Below are positions 46,749-54,989 of a stretch of DNA of 64,000 bases, piece by piece (position 1 is the stretch's first letter; the number at the start of each line of letters is the position of its first letter). Origin of the DNA: an uncultured Actinomycetes bacterium (GTDB lineage Bacteria > Actinomycetota > Actinomycetes > S36-B12); assembly GCA_963842725.1 (NCBI GenBank), contig CAWJHN010000004.1:1566-65565 (forward strand). Reading direction: 5' to 3'. Below the pieces are notes generated by a model, which saw only the letters and a list, made by a program, of their open reading frames with translations, did no database searches and was not told the DNA's origin. The translations under genes and the position numbers were made by a program.

Positions 46749-47941
46749 TCCGGTCCGACACGCGGATCGCGATCATCGGGGCGGGCGTCGGCGGCCTCAC
46801 CCTCGCCCTTGCCCTGCGCGAGCGCGGCATCGACGCCGAGATCTACGAGCGCACCACGGAACTTCGCGAGGTGGGCGCGGCCGTGTACCTGGCCGCGAAC
46901 GCATCGCGCTTCATCGAGAGGTGGGGACTGGGACAGGCGTTCTCCGACGCCTCGTGGGAGCCGACGGCGCTGATCTACCGCGACGGCCGGGACGGTCACG
47001 TCATCGCACGGCACGACGAGACCGAATCAGGGGCTTTCGGCGCGCCAGGCTACGGAATCCACCGCTCGGACCTCCAGCAGATCCTGGCCGACGCCGTCGG
47101 ACGTGACCGGATCCAGCTGGGCAAGGAGATCACCTCGTACGCCCAGGAGGGTGACGAGGTCACGATCCAGTTCGGCGACGGCACGAGTGCGCAGGCCGAC
47201 CTCGTCGTCGGTGCGGATGGCGCGCGATCGATCGTCCGTGAGCTGATGGTCGGGCACGACGACAGGATCTACACCGGCAGAAGCGGCTTCCGAGGCCTCG
47301 TCCCAGTCAAGGACCTGCCCAGCCTTCCCGATCCCGAGACGATCCAGTTCTGGATCGGACCGGACGGACACCTCTTGCACTACCCGATCGGTGGAGACGG
47401 AGACGTCATCAACTTCCTTCTGGTGAAGAGGATGCCGTGGGAGGCCGAGGACTGGACCGTCTCCGCTCTACCGGGCGAGCATCTGAAGCACTTCGAGGGC
47501 TGGCACCCGGCCGTCATCGAGATGATCAGTGCGCCCACCTTCGACCGTCGCTGGGCGTTGAACCGCCGCCCACCCCTGTCGCGGTGGTACGACGGTCGCG
47601 TGGTGCTGCTGGGAGATGCTGCGCACGCCCTCGTCCCGCACCACGGCCAGGGTGCCAACATCACCGTCGAGGACGCCGTCGTGCTGGCCCGCTGCCTCAG
47701 TGAAGCAGGCCCCGATGACGTCGACGACGCCGTCGCGTCCTACCAGGATCAACGGCTGGAACGCACTGCCCGGGTTCAGAAGGCGTCGTACGTCACCGCT
47801 GACGTACTGCACCTGCCGGATGGTGACGACGCAACCCAACGCAACGCCCAACTCGCCTCGACCGACTGGATGCACGGGCAACTCGACTGGATCCACTCGT
47901 ACAACGCTGATCCCAACTTCGACAAGGTGGCCCTCGCATGA
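46745..47941 (+). CDS. class A FAD-dependent monooxygenase (salicylate-hydroxylase-like)
   Basis: 398 aa. Contains IAIIGAGVGGLTLA, GADGARSIVR and LLGDAAHALVPHHGQGAN. Confidence 0.8.
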   Translation: MIRSDTRIAIIGAGVGGLTLALALRERGIDAEIYERTTELREVGAAVYLAANASRFIERWGLGQAFSDASWEPTALIYRDGRDGHVIARHDETESGAFGAPGYGIHRSDLQQILADAVGRDRIQLGKEITSYAQEGDEVTIQFGDGTSAQADLVVGADGARSIVRELMVGHDDRIYTGRSGFRGLVPVKDLPSLPDPETIQFWIGPDGHLLHYPIGGDGDVINFLLVKRMPWEAEDWTVSALPGEHLKHFEGWHPAVIEMISAPTFDRRWALNRRPPLSRWYDGRVVLLGDAAHALVPHHGQGANITVEDAVVLARCLSEAGPDDVDDAVASYQDQRLERTARVQKASYVTADVLHLPDGDDATQRNAQLASTDWMHGQLDWIHSYNADPNFDKVALA

Positions 47942-48798
47942 ACATCGAACAGCTCGGATACCTCGGCTTCAACTCGACGGATCCCGCCGCGTTCTCGCAG
48001 TACGCGACCAGCACTCTGGGGATGCAGGCGGTCGACCTGGGGACGGGGCGCCCGTCGTTCCGCGTCGACTCGTACGAGCAGCGCGTGATAGTCGAAGCGT
48101 CGGACAAGAATGGCGCTGCCTACATCGGCTGGCAGCTCGCCGACGCCGCGGCGCTGCAGGCGGCGGCCGCGGAGGTCCAGGCCACGGGCGTGGCCGTGGA
48201 GCAGGCGACTCCTGAGGAGCTTGAGGTCCGTCGGGTCGCCGACATGGTGCACTTCCTCGACCCGGCGGGTCACCGAGTCGAGCTGTACACAGGCCCTGCT
48301 CGGACCGGTGAGGCGTTCACCTCACCTCGCGGCATCCCAGGATTCGTCGCCGAGGACCTCGGGCTGGGCCACTGCGTCCTGTCGACCCGGAACCTCCCTG
48401 AGACGCAGGCGTTCTACGTCGACGTGCTGGGCTTCAAGGTGAGCGACTACATGATCGATGCGCCGTTCACCGCAACCTTCATGCACTGCAACCCTCGCCA
48501 TCACAGCATTGCGTTCGCAGACGGCAACTTCTTCAACATCCCCAACGTGATGCACCACTTCATGCTGGAGATCGAGGACGAGGACGAGGTCGGTCGCCAA
48601 TGGGACCACGTCCAGCACGAGGGTGTTCCCGTCGCGATGAATATCGGGCGTCACACCAACGACAACATGTTCTCGTTCTACGTTGCCTCGCCCGTGGGCG
48701 TCCTCACCGAATTCGGTGCCGGAGGCCGCCTGATCGACGACAGCACCTGGGAGGTCTGGCAGATGCCCGGGCCGGACATCTGGGGTCACAAGCACTGA
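47938..48798 (+). CDS. type I extradiol ring-cleavage dioxygenase (2,3-dihydroxybiphenyl/catechol 2,3-dioxygenase family)
   Basis: 286 aa with a two-module vicinal-oxygen-chelate fold. Contains LGHCVL, FMHCNPRHHSIAF and HFMLE. Confidence 0.8.
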   Translation: MNIEQLGYLGFNSTDPAAFSQYATSTLGMQAVDLGTGRPSFRVDSYEQRVIVEASDKNGAAYIGWQLADAAALQAAAAEVQATGVAVEQATPEELEVRRVADMVHFLDPAGHRVELYTGPARTGEAFTSPRGIPGFVAEDLGLGHCVLSTRNLPETQAFYVDVLGFKVSDYMIDAPFTATFMHCNPRHHSIAFADGNFFNIPNVMHHFMLEIEDEDEVGRQWDHVQHEGVPVAMNIGRHTNDNMFSFYVASPVGVLTEFGAGGRLIDDSTWEVWQMPGPDIWGHKH

Positions 48799-48877
48799 CG
48801 GATGGGTGTCTTGGCCAGCCGTCCCACCGGTATGACAGCACTGCCGCGTGGCGCACAACGGGAGTGGGGAACCAGCG

Positions 48878-49129
48878 CTAGTGGACGAGTTCCCTTGCCT
48901 TGTCGAACGCCCGGTCGACGAGGTCCTTTGTCTTGTCGAATCCCCCGTCCACGAACCCCTCGACCGAGTCGATCGCTCCGCGGACCCTGCCCTGGAGATG
49001 CTGGATCTTCTCTGCGGTCTCCCCAGACAGCCGATCCGCGTTGCCTCCGGCTTCGAGGTTCTTGTCACCCGTGACGATCCCGGTGACCTGCTTGGCCTTG
49101 CCCTTGACCTGATCGGACTTGGCAGTCAT
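48878..49129 (-). CDS. CsbD-family stress protein
   Basis: MTAKSDQVKGKAKQVTGIVTGDKNLEAGGNADRLSGETAEKIQ is a typical CsbD sequence. This internal start within ORF 48878..49234 was chosen. Confidence 0.75.
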   Translation of the reverse strand: MTAKSDQVKGKAKQVTGIVTGDKNLEAGGNADRLSGETAEKIQHLQGRVRGAIDSVEGFVDGGFDKTKDLVDRAFDKARELVH

Positions 49130-49282
49130 CGCACACCACTCCTTCTGGCCGGAAGGCGTGCCATGCCCAAGGTGGACGCGCGCGCGCCTGTGGCCGCCGA
49201 ACGGGGGCCGAGCCCCGGAAGGGTTCATACCCAAACCCAGTATCCCACCGGCCCACCTCTAACCGGGGCGAGAGCCCATCGG

Positions 49283-49621
49283 TCAGACGAGGGGGTCGAA
49301 CATGATCTCCCGGACCTCCTGCGCGCAGCGGCAGGCGCCTGCGAACCTGGCAGCCCACTCCAGTGCGTCCTCGCGTGAGGGCACGTCGACGATCACGAAC
49401 CCGCCGATGACCGCCTTGGTCTCCGGGTACGGACCTTCCGTGACCATCCCGTCGGTGGCCACGATGATCGCCGGCTGGCTCTCCACTCCGCCGCCGAAGA
49501 TCCACACCCCTGCGTCCTGGGCAGCCCGGACCACCGCGTGCGCGGCCTCGCCCACAGCCGGCACGTCCTCCGCGGGGATGTCCATCGCGCCATCATCGAA
49601 CGAGATCAGGTACCGCGTCAT
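49283..49621 (-). CDS. YciI-family protein
   Basis: MTRYLISFDDGAMD...GGFVIVDVPSREDALEWAARF is typical of the YCII/DGPF fold. Confidence 0.7.
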   Translation of the reverse strand: MTRYLISFDDGAMDIPAEDVPAVGEAAHAVVRAAQDAGVWIFGGGVESQPAIIVATDGMVTEGPYPETKAVIGGFVIVDVPSREDALEWAARFAGACRCAQEVREIMFDPLV

Positions 49622-49689
49622 CCCATGGCTCCCTTGTCCCGACGGCCACCTCCGGCAGCTGCGCAACGCAGATACGGCATGCTCAGGAT

Positions 49690-50001
49690 GCCGCTTCCAC
49701 CCGCAACCGTGCTAGTACGAAGGCCACCGGGAAGTCCGACGCGCAGACCGACACGTTCCACGGGCGCTTCGTCGCGCTGACAAAGGATGTCGAGGTGGTC
49801 CAAGCGGTCGAGTTCGAGACATCGCATCCGACGCTTCCGGGGGAGATGCGGATGACGTACACACTCGCCGACGCACCCGGGGCGGATCCGACCTGGTCGG
49901 CCTCCACGAGAACCTGCCTGCCGGAGTCAGCGACGGACAACGATCTCGGCTGGCATATCTCCATCGCGAAGCTCGCCCGCCTCGTCGAGACTCCGAGATA
50001 G
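49690..50001 (+). pseudogene. SRPBCC (AHSA1-like) family remnant lacking its N-terminal half, with two compensating indels
   Basis: SDAQTDTFHGRFVALTKDVEVVQAVEFETSHPTLPGEMRMTYTLADAPG, then GGSDLVGLHENLPA in another frame, then ESATDNDLGWHISIAKLARLVETPR-stop. There is no space for the first approximately 60 residues because the YciI gene starts at 49621. Confidence 0.4.
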
Positions 50002-50062
50002 CAGCGGGCAGAGATCCCGTCGGATGTGGTGGCCAAGAGAAGATTAGGTGTAGGACTTCACT

Positions 50063-50126
50063 GTAGAACTACGGTGTTGACAGCCACCGATGGACGTGGG
50101 ATGGTGAGTCTACGTCGTAGACCTAC
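50063..50126 (+). promoter_or_regulatory. candidate promoter (TTGACA 50077-50082, GATGGT 50100-50105) bracketed by two 10-bp palindromes GTAGAACTAC (50063-50072) and GTAGACCTAC (50117-50126)
   Basis: Read from the sequence. The -35/-10 spacing is 17 nt. The palindrome centres are 54 bp apart. The second site is part of a longer palindrome, GTCTAC-GTC-GTAGAC. The region is visibly less GC-rich. Confidence 0.4.
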
Positions 50127-50163
50127 GGCGTCGGAGTGCGATTCACGTCGGGAGAGCAGCGTC

Positions 50164-50319
50164 ATGATCATCCTCGGAATCATCTTGATCGTCGTCGGCT
50201 TGGTCGCGAAGATCTCGATCCTTACGTCCATCGGCGTCATCCTCCTCATCGTCGGGGCGGTCCTCGCGCTGCTCGGCGCGATCGGCAAGCCGGTCGGCGG
50301 CCGTCGCTCGTACTACTGA
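50164..50319 (+). CDS. small hydrophobic membrane protein (51 aa)
   Basis: MIILGIILIVVGLVAKISILTSIGVILLIVGAVLALLGAIGKPVGGRRSYY has two TM helices. This internal ATG within ORF 50026..50319 was chosen. Confidence 0.6.
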   Translation: MIILGIILIVVGLVAKISILTSIGVILLIVGAVLALLGAIGKPVGGRRSYY

Positions 50320-50461
50320 GCCAGGCCCTGCCACGGTTGCCGGCCGCGTCATCGAGGCCGTCGCCTGACAGTCGTCCCGCTACCTCTACCGCAGCACATG
50401 CACGACCACTGAAAGACCGCATCAAGGCTCCGAGTCGGGGCACAATCGAAAGGGCACTCCC

Positions 50462-51421
50462 ATGACCACTCACCGGATTAAGTGGACCCGGACGGCCGTC
50501 GCTGTCGCCGTCGTCGGCTCCATGATCGGCGTTGCCGTCCCCGCCCTCGTGGCAAGTCCAGCCAGTGCCGCCACCCAGACCATCACGATCACCACGTCGG
50601 GCTTCGTCCCGATGAACCTGACGATCAAGGTCGGCGACACGATCTCCTTCGCGAACGCCGACGTGGCCGTCCACGAGGTCCTGTTCAAGGCGACGACCGG
50701 GTTCACGTGCACCGTGTCCCCGCTTGTCGTCCAGCCCTCGACGACCCAGTCCTGCACGTGGACCGCTGCCGGCAGCTATGCATACTCCGATCCGAACCAG
50801 CGCGACAGGAACTTCCGCGGCACGGTGACCGTTGACCCGGTTACGCCCGTCGTGGTCCCCACGGTGACCCTCGTCGCCTCATCCACGGTGGTCAGGTACG
50901 GAGCCCAGGTCACGCTGTCGGGCAAGGTCGTGCCCAGTTCGGCCGGCACGGCCGTCGACATCCTCGCGCGGGCCTTCGGTGAGACCGCCTACACGAAGGT
51001 GGCATCGGTCGCGACAACGAATCGCGGCATCTACTCCGTGGCCGTCACTCCGGAGATCGCGACAAGCTACCGGGCGGAGTTCCTGAACGGAACCGTCCGG
51101 GTCGTCAGTCCCGTCACCTCGATTGCCGTGCGGCCCGCGGTGCGACTCGTGCTGCGCTCGATCACGGGCACTCACGCGAAGTTCACGGTCAGGGTCACGT
51201 CGGGCATGACCTACGAGGGCGCGTACGTGCGCGTCCAGCGGAAGAACAGCCTGGGCGGATGGACCACCCTCAAGCGGGCCACGCTCGGGACCTTCTCCAC
51301 CGCCCGATTCACCGTACGGCTGCCCAGCGGCACCAGCCGCATCCGGGTCCTGCTGCCCAGCTCCCAGGCCGGGGCGGGCTACCTGTCCAGCACCAGTCGC
51401 ACCATCACCGTCAGCCGATAG
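50462..51421 (+). CDS. secreted protein with N-terminal cupredoxin-like domain (copper ligands apparently absent) and Ig-like C-terminal domains
   Basis: Signal peptide (VVGSMIGVAVPALVASPASA). ITITTSGFVPMNLTIKVGDTISFANADVAVHEVLF...GSYAYSDPNQRDRNFRGTVTV resembles a plastocyanin-like fold but lacks the C..H..M ligand set. Confidence 0.55.
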   Translation: MTTHRIKWTRTAVAVAVVGSMIGVAVPALVASPASAATQTITITTSGFVPMNLTIKVGDTISFANADVAVHEVLFKATTGFTCTVSPLVVQPSTTQSCTWTAAGSYAYSDPNQRDRNFRGTVTVDPVTPVVVPTVTLVASSTVVRYGAQVTLSGKVVPSSAGTAVDILARAFGETAYTKVASVATTNRGIYSVAVTPEIATSYRAEFLNGTVRVVSPVTSIAVRPAVRLVLRSITGTHAKFTVRVTSGMTYEGAYVRVQRKNSLGGWTTLKRATLGTFSTARFTVRLPSGTSRIRVLLPSSQAGAGYLSSTSRTITVSR

Positions 51422-51438
51422 TCGAGAAGGGGATCGCC

Positions 51439-51921
51439 ATGACCACCACACCCGAATCCACCGACCAGGTCGAGGCAACGCCATCCTCCGACGCTGCCGC
51501 TGCGCCGGATCCCTCATCACCCGCTGACACGCCGGTGGCTGCTGAGCAGGCGACCGTTCGCCCGGCGGCAACGTGGACGGTCAGCGAATGGCTCGGCAAG
51601 GTGATCATCGACCGGGATGGTGAGCGCATCGGCAAGCTCCAGGACGTCTATGTCGACGTCGAGACCGACGTGCCCCAGTTCGGCACGGTCAAGGAGGGGT
51701 TCTTCGACCGCCACCTCACGTTCGTGCCGCTCGTCGGCGTCGAGGTCGGGCCCGACGAACTGAGAGCAGCCGTCCACAAGGCGCAGGTCAAGTCGGCTCC
51801 CGATCTGGATCTGCAGGGGCAGGAGATGTCCCAGGCCGACGAATCGGCCCTGTATCACCACTTCGAGATGAACTACACCCCGATTGCCAGCGAAAGCGGC
51901 CGACGCCTCGCTCGACGATGA
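51439..51921 (+). CDS. PRC-barrel domain protein
   Basis: Acidic and Pro-rich N-terminus, then LGKVIIDRDGERIGKLQDVYVDVETDVPQFGTVKEGFFDRHLTFVPL. Confidence 0.65.
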   Translation: MTTTPESTDQVEATPSSDAAAAPDPSSPADTPVAAEQATVRPAATWTVSEWLGKVIIDRDGERIGKLQDVYVDVETDVPQFGTVKEGFFDRHLTFVPLVGVEVGPDELRAAVHKAQVKSAPDLDLQGQEMSQADESALYHHFEMNYTPIASESGRRLARR

Positions 51922-51962
51922 CGCCGTCCACGAGGACTAGCAAAGATCGCAGAGGAGATCCC

Positions 51963-52148
51963 ATGACTGACACCACTCACGAGCCCGACCCCGACGACGC
52001 GGCTGACGACGAGCTGGCCGCGGAGCGCGCCGGCCAATCGACAACGGCCGAGGAGGCCATGGACGTCGTGACGGAGGAGGACGGCTTCGCCGACGAGTCG
52101 TCCTACACGCCGAGTGCGGGGCTGCAGGAAGACGACCAAGGCTCGTAG
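51963..52148 (+). CDS. small acidic protein (61 aa), paralogue of 26296..26499
   Basis: MTDTTHEPDPDDAADDELAAERAGQSTTAEEAMDVVTEEDGFADESSYTPSAGLQEDDQGS. It shares a 23-nt identical core (CGCGCCGGCCAATCGACAACGGC) with the copy at 26296. Confidence 0.6.
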   Translation: MTDTTHEPDPDDAADDELAAERAGQSTTAEEAMDVVTEEDGFADESSYTPSAGLQEDDQGS

Positions 52149-52310
52149 CCTGGGGTGCGCGCGCCGGAATTGGGCGCGGGCATGCATCGGCTCAGTCCGC
52201 AGCTGGCAGATCCCCATGAGGGTTGGCACGTGACTCTCGAGTGGGCACTTCGCACTCCCGCGAGCGCGTCCCTTGGTGTTCGATGGACGCATCCGACAGC
52301 GGGAGGACCG

Positions 52311-53157
52311 ATGCCGAGCGGCGATGAGATCCGAGACGCTCAGCGAGCGACGTGGGCCGGGCTGTCTGCCGGCTGGGAGAAGTGGGACTCGGTCATCATG
52401 GATCAGCTGGCTCCGGTCAGCGACTGCGATGATCGACCGCCTCGGCATCGCCGACGATCAGCGGCATCTCGACATCGCGGCGGGCACCGGAGAGCCGGGG
52501 CTGACCGTCGCCAGGCTCGCGCCGAGGGGCCACGTCGTTCTGACCGACCTTTCGGCCGAGATGCTCGACATCGCGACGCGACGAGCGAACGCGCAGGGGA
52601 TCACCAACGTCGAGACCAAGGTGTGCAGCGCCGATGACCTGCCATTCGGTGACGCGACGTTCGACAGTGTCTCGGTGCGGTTCGGATACATGTTCCTTCC
52701 CGACCTCGCCAGAGCGACGGCCGAGTTCGCGCGCGTGCTCAAGCCGGGTGGACGTCTCTGCTCGTCGGTATGGGTCAGGCCCGAGGAGAACCCGTGGACG
52801 ACGATCGCCGTGCAGGCCATCGCGACGGAGGCGGCGCTGGCGCCACCCGACCCGGACGGTCCGAACATGTTCCGGTGCGCGGCCCCGGGATATGTCAGTG
52901 CCCTGTACGAGGCGGCGGGGCTGCGCGACGTTGCCGAGTGGGACGTTGACGTCGAACTCGTGACCCGAGTCGCCAGTGCAGTACTGGGAGATGATCAGCG
53001 AGCACGTCTCACTCGCAGCCGCAGCGCTTCAGCAGGTCGACGAAGCGGCGCGGGAGCGGATCGCGAACGCCGTCATCGCCGAGGTCAGCACCTACGAAGT
53101 AGGACGGCAAGGGTAAGGATTCCGGGCGTGGCCCGCTGCATCGTCGGCACGAAGTAG
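52311..53157 (+). pseudogene. class I SAM-dependent methyltransferase, four +1 frame shifts as sequenced
   Basis: MPSGDEIRDAQRATWAGLSAGWEKWDSVIMDQLAPVS (GGGAGG upstream), then +1 at about 52421 to TAMIDRLGIADDQRHLDIAAGTGEPG...VLKPGGRL. Further shifts follow at about 52974 (ESPVQYWEMISEHVSLAAAALQQVDEAARERIANAVIAEVSTYEV), about 53100 (DGK) and about 53110 (VRIPGVARCIVGTK-stop). Confidence 0.75.
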
Positions 53158-53332
53158 GGACGCCGCGTTCGCGCCATCGGGGCAGCGCTGCGGAACGTGA
53201 CAGGCACCGGGGCAGCGCGCTGAATCACCACCTCGGTCACATCATCTGGTGATGTGCGGTCACCACGTCGATCCCTACGTTCGCTGACATGGCCGGACAC
53301 CCCGCTCGGCCCGTAGGGACCAGGAGCCTGTC

Positions 53333-54013
53333 ATGACGATCACCACCACCGGCCTCACGCGTGCCGCCGGCCTCAGCGCCGCTGCCGCGGGGCTCATCTT
53401 CATCGCCGTCCAGATCAACCACCCGCCCATGGATGCAGCCTCGGTCGCCACCACCGAGTGGGTCGTGCGCAACTCGGCCAAGGTGCTCATGGGTGCGCTG
53501 ACCCTCGTCGGCATAACGGGCATGTACCTGCGCCAGGTTCGACAGGTCGGCCTGTTCGGGCTGATCGGGTACCTGCTCTTCGGTGCCGGGTACCTGCTGA
53601 TGTTCAGCACCGAGGTCATCTCCGCCTATGTCCTCCCCGCGTTGGTGAACGTGACGCCGGGCTACGTGAACGACATTCTCGTCGCGGCCGCTGGAGGCAC
53701 CCCCGCAGGAGACATCGGCGCGATGAAGACTGTCCTCGCCGTCACCGGTGTCGGCTACATGGTCGGCGGCCTCATCTTCGGCATCGCCCTGTTCCGGGCC
53801 CGCATCCTGGCTCGGTGGGCGTCGGCACTCCTCGCCGTAGGCACCATCGCGACGGTCTCACTGGCCTTCCTGCCCGAGGCCTTCAACCGACCCATGGCCG
53901 TCCCGGTCGGTCTCGCACTGATCGGGCTGGGCATCTCGCTGTGGAGCAACCCAAGCTCCCCGGCCGTTGCGACGGCCGTCGAGACCGCCCGCATCGAGCA
54001 CGCGACCGTCTGA
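53333..54013 (+). CDS. integral membrane protein (about six TM helices), function unknown
   Basis: A 226-aa hydrophobic ORF. Its stop overlaps the next start (TGATG). Confidence 0.6.
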   Translation: MTITTTGLTRAAGLSAAAAGLIFIAVQINHPPMDAASVATTEWVVRNSAKVLMGALTLVGITGMYLRQVRQVGLFGLIGYLLFGAGYLLMFSTEVISAYVLPALVNVTPGYVNDILVAAAGGTPAGDIGAMKTVLAVTGVGYMVGGLIFGIALFRARILARWASALLAVGTIATVSLAFLPEAFNRPMAVPVGLALIGLGISLWSNPSSPAVATAVETARIEHATV

Positions 54014-54738
54014 TGAGCACTCGTCGCACGAGGCAGTTGCCGGGGCGTCCGCCCCGGCAACTGCCTCGGAGAAGCTGGCCCGTGCCGGCCGCCCTGCTGA
54101 TGCTCGCTGCGATTCCCTTGCTTGCCGGAGCCTTTCGCGTGATCCAACTGCTCGGCGGACCCGAGCTCATCCCGGCCGACCACCGGTTCGCAGACGTCCC
54201 GCTCCCTCTCGTGATCCACATCGTCGCCGCCGCGACGTACCTGGTCATCGGTGCCTTCCAGCTCGTGCCGCGGTTCCGACGTCAGCACCGGGCATGGCAC
54301 CGCCGCGCCGGCCGGGTCCTGTTCGTGGCCGGCCTGCTGGTCGCCGGCTCGGCGCTCTGGATGACCCTGTTCTACGCAACGAAGCCCGGAACCGGCCTCC
54401 TCCTCTACCTGCTGCGACTGGTATTCGCCTCGGCGATGGCTGCCTGCCTTGTGCTCGGGGTCACCACGATCCGGAGGGGCGACGTCGCCAGACATCGCGC
54501 CTGGATGATCCGTGCCTACGCCATCGGTCTGGCCGCGGGCACGCAGGCTGTCACGGGCGGGATCGGTATCGCGCTGTTCGGCCACGGTGTGCTGCAGGGA
54601 GACCTCGCGATGGGATCCGCGTGGTTCATCAACCTTGCCCTCGCGGAGTGGATCATCCGTCGCCAGGACGGATCCGGGACGTCGAGGCGGTCCGTCGGCA
54701 TAGGCAAGGTTCCCGCACGTGCGGGTGTCTCGTTGTGA
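54013..54738 (+). CDS. DUF2306-like membrane protein
   Basis: MSTRRTRQLPG... then LVIHIVAAATYLVIGAFQLVPRFRRQHRAWHRRAGRVLFVAGLL, typical of that family. This internal start within ORF 53458..54738 was chosen. Confidence 0.55.
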   Translation: MSTRRTRQLPGRPPRQLPRRSWPVPAALLMLAAIPLLAGAFRVIQLLGGPELIPADHRFADVPLPLVIHIVAAATYLVIGAFQLVPRFRRQHRAWHRRAGRVLFVAGLLVAGSALWMTLFYATKPGTGLLLYLLRLVFASAMAACLVLGVTTIRRGDVARHRAWMIRAYAIGLAAGTQAVTGGIGIALFGHGVLQGDLAMGSAWFINLALAEWIIRRQDGSGTSRRSVGIGKVPARAGVSL

Positions 54739-54989
54739 CCGCGACCGTCCAACGGACGTACCAGATGCGCGTCGTCGGGCACCTCGACGACCGCTGGTCG
54801 ACCTGGTTCGAGGGCTTCACCATCGCTCACCACGACGACGGCACGTGCACCCTGACCGGCCCGGTGACCGATCAGGCGGAGCTGCACGGGACCCTCGCGC
54901 GCCTGCGCGATATCGGTGTCACCCTGCTCTCGCTGCGCACGATCGACGGCGACGAGGAGATACGTTCAGCGCCCGGTCAGCAGACCTAG
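54735..54989 (+). CDS. small conserved hypothetical protein (84 aa)
   Basis: GTG overlaps the preceding stop. The product, VTATVQRTYQMRVVGHLDDRWSTWFEGFTIAHHDDGTCTLTGPVTDQAELHGTLARLRDIGVTLLSLRTID, looks like a folded domain. Its 3' end overlaps the convergent LuxR gene by 24 nt. Confidence 0.45.
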   Translation: MTATVQRTYQMRVVGHLDDRWSTWFEGFTIAHHDDGTCTLTGPVTDQAELHGTLARLRDIGVTLLSLRTIDGDEEIRSAPGQQT

